From the human T2T-CHM13v2.0 reference genome, Homo sapiens, in the NCBI RefSeq assembly GCF_009914755.1, contig NC_060944.1: DNA of 64,000 nucleotides, one strand, 5' to 3'. This document shows positions 57,220-64,000 of this stretch, one piece after another. Both the position numbers and the translations under genes were made by a program. The notes under the pieces are model-generated. The model made no database searches, was not told where the DNA came from, and saw nothing but the letters and a program-made list of their open reading frames with translations. Each line of letters starts with the position of its first letter. The stretch's first letter is position 1.

Positions 57220-58430
57220 TATATATAATTATGAAACAATTTCAAAGTTACAGACAAATTAAAAGAATAGTATACAGAATTCCCGTACACCCTTTGCTTA
57301 GAGGCTCTTTTTAAGTTTCTCTAATTGTCTCATTAATTTCCTTTGAAGAAAAAGAATGAAACCCAGAATCGGACATGATACCCAGTTGTCAGCTCTCTGA
57401 TCTCCTGCAATCTGGGACTGGTTCCTGAACTTCCTGGACTTTCATTCTCTAAGTTTGCATGCCAGTCATTTCGTGGAATGACCCTCCGCTGGGGGTTCTC
57501 TGGTTTTCTTCGTGATTAGATTCAAGTATGCATTTTTTAATGCATTAAAACACATTAAACATAAACAAAACATAAAACAAAAACACATTAAAACAGATAT
57601 GGTGTTTTCTTCTGCAGCTTGTACCCTATCCCATGGCTGATGAGGCATGTTTGTGCCACTTCTGGTGATGTAAATTCTGTTCCCTTCATTAATATGGGGC
57701 CTGCCTAGTTTGGTGCCCATAGAAAGTTATATACCCCTTATATTTCATAATATTTTGTGGAGAGATAATTTGATACTAAACAAAACTCCATTCTTCTCAC
57801 TTTCACCACTGGTTTTAGCAGCATTGATATGCCTTTTCTGAATCAATTATGACCATGATTATAACCGTAAAATTTAGATTTTCTATTTCATCATTTTCTA
57901 CAGTCATTAGTTTGCATTCTATTGTGTAGAAGGACATCACCCCCTTTTTATTCATACATCTATTCATATTAGTATAAACTTGTGGATTTCTGTTTAATTT
58001 AGTGAGTTATAATCTCTTAAAATTGTATTTTATTCATTTTGAGGATTAAACAGTCCCAGGTTGTATCCAGTGAGAACCCCTTCAAACTGTCTGTATTTTT
58101 TTTTTTTTACAAGTCTTCTTCATTCTTTGAGGACTTCCTTACTTTCTGGTACAACAAAGTGCTTTGGGATTATTCTTTTCCGGACCTCGACCTGGGAGTT
58201 GACTGTGTCCTTGACAAGGCCTGGTTGCTTCCAGTAGAGAAATGGTCCAAGACCTGGACATAGTTGCACCCATCACTACTGGGATGCCAGTGATCTTAGG
58301 ACAGGAGGGGCGAGAGTTTATGTAAATACCTCCAATTCCAGCCAACATGCAAAGTTCATTCTAGCTTTTCTCCCTTTCCATTTTTGGTTGTCCATTCTCA
58401 GACAGTGAGAAAGCTTACCAGACTATCTTC
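57220..58430 (-). mobile_element. L1MC-like 3' end fragments
   Basis: Degenerate L1M 3'UTR motifs (aagaatagtatacagaattcccgtacaccctt, gattagattcaagtatgcatttt); ends approximate. Confidence 0.6.
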
Positions 58431-60420
58431 TCATTCCACTCCACTCCAATAGCCTCCTCAGGTGGACCACAGTTGCTACCAGACTAATGAAAATAAGTAA
58501 AAATAAAAAAGAAGGAAGGCAGATACTGACTTCACATTCTTACTGGTTTTCATAAATGAATTCAGTGGATCCAGAGTGATATAATGTGTATTATTATTTA
58601 TAAACAATATCCAGCCTATTTTAATCTAAAATTGTTAGTCAACCAATAAGCTTCCCCCTGAGGGTCTTTGAGAGACCAACACCACTGGGTGTCATCTTAA
58701 CCTAGCCAATGGCTACACGGCTCTATGTCGTAAATGTCTATGCTAAATACCTTGTTATGACAAATGTGATACGAGAGGAATGAATGACATCAAACTGCAA
58801 CAAAAGTGTGAAGGAGAAATTGATATCTCATAGGGACATAAACGGTTTTCTCACCAGGGCCCAGTTTGTATTCTACCTTGATCTTATTTGGAGAAAAATC
58901 TAATACCTAAGAAATTATAAAACTGTTAGATTTGATAGAATTTGCAGAAGACTTTGAACTAAACACATCTAATCTAAAAAATTTCATGATGGAAATGTCA
59001 ACTTTCTTAACATTCTACTTTCTTTTATTTTCTAATGCCAAATACAAATTCACTCTAAATTCCGTTACAGGGATTTAGAGGCACGTGTTTGAGACATTGA
59101 CAGTTGTTCAATAGTGGATTTTAAAAGATCATTAGTTTGCAGGAATGCCTGAGAGAGGAAATGCATGATTCATGGAGAAGTATGCCTCACTGACCGATTT
59201 TTCAAGGCCTCTTTCATCACCAAAGACAAACTTTGACCCTGAAATCTTCATTATTAATGTATATACAGTTCTGATTCTCTCTGTTTCATTTTTATCTCCA
59301 CATAGACAAGTCTTTCATCCACCTGTTCAGTCATTCAGTGAATCCCAGTAGGTTCCTTCCATCTCGTAGGCATGGATAAAAAGATGATTAAGAGATATAT
59401 AGTTTACTCACATGTATTTATCGAGCACTATTGTGTGATAAGAATTATTCTTGCTGCTGAGGATGAAACAGTGAACAAGGCAAACAAGGTTCGTGTTCTC
59501 ATGGAGTTTGTGGAAGATTGACATGTAAATTAATATCTGCTTTCCAGAAAATAAAAACGCTAGAAAGACCATGAAACAAGCCACTTGATGAAGTGACGGG
59601 AATGCTACTTTCTGTTTAGTGATCGAAAAAGGCATCCCTGAAAAAGTGTTGCTGAATCTGAGTGATGGGAAGGAACCCAGTCTAAAGAGATCTTTAGGAG
59701 CACATTAAAGGAGCAATAGTCTTTTCTTGTGTGGGTGGAAAGACCACAATGTGAGCTGAAAATTCCACTATAAGATGATCGTGAATTTAGGCATACAGAA
59801 ATTACTGAGTTCATTAAGGAAGGCTGGGAGCAGGAAGGCTGCACAGAGGGCAAGATTTCATAAGGCCTGCTGATGTATCAGAACTTCTTAAGCAGGTTAG
59901 AGGGAGAAAGATATTCCAGAAAGTTGACTCATCATGGGCAAAGGCTGAAGCCACAAGGTATGTTCAGGCAATAGAAACTGGTGAGTACACTTAGAGCTTA
60001 CAATGAAATGAGAGTGTCAATGGGAATGAGCACAAAAATGAAAACAGAGGATAGACTTATTTATTTTTTTAGTTATGCATTATTTCTTGTGCATTAATAA
60101 CTTCACATGCAATTCAGATAGTATTTGATGGGTGAGAGTTTTTTAAATAGGTAAATGATCCTTGTAAGTACCTGGATCTAGGATAGTCAAGGTGTTTCTC
60201 ACCGTGTCTTAAAATTCTTAAGAGAAGCTCAGAAGCTTATGTTTAAAAATGAAGGGATGGCTAAATGAGAAGACCTTGAGTATTCTCATCCCGATTGAAC
60301 TGGACCTCCTGATTTTTTTATGTATTTAGCACGCTAGGATTCTGTTTTACTTTTTTTTTTGAGGAATAAATTTCACTCTTTAAAAAATAAAAACAAAAAG
60401 TTATAAAAATCTGAGAGCTG

Positions 60421-60797
<377 letters not shown>

Positions 60798-62045
60798 CTA
60801 TAGTTTATAAATATAAACCTAGGGAAAAATATACCTGGAAGGTACTGCAGAATGCCCAAGACATCTGAGACTTCAGAATAGATCATTTATTATTGGTGCT
60901 ACTAAATATTCAGCAGGAAAAACAGTTTCCACTTTTCCACTTTTCTCTGTGTTTCTATTTTGGCCCTAAGTAGAAGACTCACCTTTTTCAAAAGTAGTGA
61001 GAAGAGCAGTCTCTGGCCTACTATCCAGTTCCACAATTATTAGATTGGTGCCATTTGGATCTAAGCATATGTGATTCAGCTTCTTTTTTCTTCCTTGAAT
61101 TTGCCTGTGTGTTGGTTACATTTCTACTTCCATATTGCAAGCACCCTTGGGTAAACTATTAGGCCTATATGTGCCCACTGACAACAGCTGACGGCATAAG
61201 AAAGTGACTTTGGGTGTCTGCGGGAGTGTCTCTTTTGCTCTTGAGACCGAAACTCTTCTTGGGATAATTCATCCCAAGGATTAGGCTCAGGAAGCACTAC
61301 AGAGCTTGACATTGGCTGCAGATTGAAGCAAAACTTCCCAATGTAAAGACATTTACTGTAAAAAACGAATAAAGAGGCTGAAATTTTGATTTCCATATGT
61401 GTGACTCCTCCCTTTATTTTTCAGTTGGTTCAGAACTCAGAGGGAAAGAAGTGTCACGATCCATTATCTCTCAAATCTCAACACATAATATAAATCAATA
61501 AATAATTGGTACTGTAGCTCTACGAGGAGACATTTCCAGGCCTGAATGGTTCATCATTCTCTGCCTTGCATCCCACAGTTCTGCTATACACCACTGAGAA
61601 AATGGGCTATCCCACAGGATTCATTTCAACAATTGTTATTGAGTCCTTTCTATTGGCCAAATGTTGGGATATAAAAATTGTATAGTTTAGTAGGGGTGAT
61701 CAAAGTTGTGTGAGTGAACTAGAATCTATTTCATCTTCCCAGAGAGGCCCGTCCTGATTCTCCTTTATAAATCAGTCTTAACCCTGACTCCAATCTCTAT
61801 CCACCCATTCATTACTCTCTATTGCATTCTATTTGCTTTGCTGCAATCCATTGTTTATATAACCTTATCTATTTAATTATTAAGTTATATATTGGTGGCC
61901 TAAAATGTCAGTCTATGAGGCCCATGGCACTACCTGTTTTAGTCACCACTGTATCCTTCCGAACTACTATATGGTAGTTGTCAATAAATGTGTTGAGAAA
62001 ATTAATTACCAATTATTGGTAGAATATCACTTTATAAGAAAGTCA

Positions 62046-62384
<339 letters not shown>

Positions 62385-64000
62385 CTACTTTTCCCTTGGA
62401 AAATCAAGAAAGGCTAAGAAAAGTAAGAGGCACTAGATGTAGGTTTGAATGAATACTGGATTTTCAGTGTGTATAGAGAACAGCCTAAATACAAACATGG
62501 CACAGCACTGAAAAGTCCATTTTGATTCAATGAGCACTGGAATAATGATTAACCTCTATAATCTCAACAATTTGCACATATTTTCAGTGGCATGAATCTT
62601 ACTAGTTCTTTCCAGTCATTCAAAGACATTTCAAAATACAGGCAAATTCTCTTTTTGGATGAGTACAGAAAAGAACCACGATGCCTAAGGGATTTTTTTA
62701 GTCCTTTTTTGTATAGGAAGTTCTATCTGATATTGAAGTGAGCCAATCCTGGCTGCAAGATTGTGGGTCAAGTTTGAGCAACAGTTCACTGAACAATAAT
62801 TTTCTTCAATTGAATCTTGCTTTTGCTGGGGAAATTCACTCTGCACTGACAGTACTGAGAGCTCCAAAATAAGGGTTATCTATCTTATGCTTTCCAAGTC
62901 AAGTCTATCGTTACCACCAGAAATCATTCATTAGCACCTAATCATCTAGGTTGGGCCTTAGCTGTGTCTCTGGAGAAAACAAAATAAATAGACACCCCCA
63001 TTTCTTTAGATCACCTGTGAATAAATTCTATCATAGTGTCATTACCATTCTATCACCTATAATTCGTTTTTATGCTTGACTTCCCTGTGGGATAATGTGA
63101 CTTGGTGAATATGGGCTTGTCTTATTTCCCACAATATCCATAGTCCCTGGCACTCAGAAAGGCCTTAAATATTTGCTGAACAAATGAGTTTTGTAAATGG
63201 TAACATGAATAAACATAAGGCTATGCAAATCACCATAAACATTGAACAATAAAATATATTGTGCATATATTTGCATGGTTTCTCAAGATTAAATAAGAAA
63301 TTCATAATGTCCATCATAAAGCCATCGATTAAAACTCCTGTTTAAGTTTACTTTTAAAACGATACTATGGGTTAGAAGTATAAGTATTTAAAAATAGAGC
63401 TAGAAAATTAATTGGTTGAGGAATAAGGCATAAATGTGACCACAAATTTCCTGTGCAGACACTTTTTGGGTCTTCACTGGATTTTTATTGCCTGTTATTC
63501 TGAATGTATATTCAGAAACTACTGAATGAATATTTTAATTTATTTTTATCTATTGGTTTACTATCCGAGAATGTTTGCATAATTGACACTTTCCCTTGAT
63601 AATGTATATTAAGGCAAGTGTCTTGATTCAATGACTACAGCATACCAAATTTTTAAAAACTATTAAGCACTTACTGTATGACATGCATTATTCTAATAGC
63701 TGGTAATACCACTAGGAATAAATACGTGCTTATTATTAAGGAGCCTAGTCAAGTTTAGTCTACAGATATTGAACATGTTTATATTAGTGTGGTACTTGTT
63801 CCAAGCAGTTTGCAACTAGCAGAGGTTAAACAGAAGACATCAAAGTTGAATTTCTCTTTTTTATTTAAGCCTAAATTGTACTTGTGATTTTCAAAAAAAG
63901 AATGTCTGGAACTTGTACAATTGTCAGTCAATCTAGCCCAACCAGCATCTTGAGGGAAGTCTTTGCCAAGCCACTGCTGATAAGACCTATGTGAGGCCCA

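Overview
Primate (very likely human) AT-rich intronic or intergenic DNA, dominated by interspersed repeats (Alu, L1, L2, MIR, MaLR/ERV LTRs, MER DNA transposons). I found no host exon, CpG island, RNA gene or CRISPR array, and nearly all short ORFs in the track are chance or repeat-derived. Three things stand out. (1) An L1-retrotransposed HERV-W processed pseudogene (~21987-26130, +): 5'-truncated at the gag stop, with pro-RT-RNase H, a microhomology-bounded deletion joining pol to env, a 472-codon N-truncated env ORF, a U3-R-only LTR17, a poly(A) tail and a target-site duplication (TSD). (2) A very diverged intronless CDK4 retrocopy (~16831-17629, +) that is visible only across several frameshifts. 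(3) An old mosaic of locally templated inverted and direct copies at ~51600-52100, resembling a serial template-switching scar. All comparisons with reference sequences are from memory, not from database searches. I see no evidence for a new multi-gene system.
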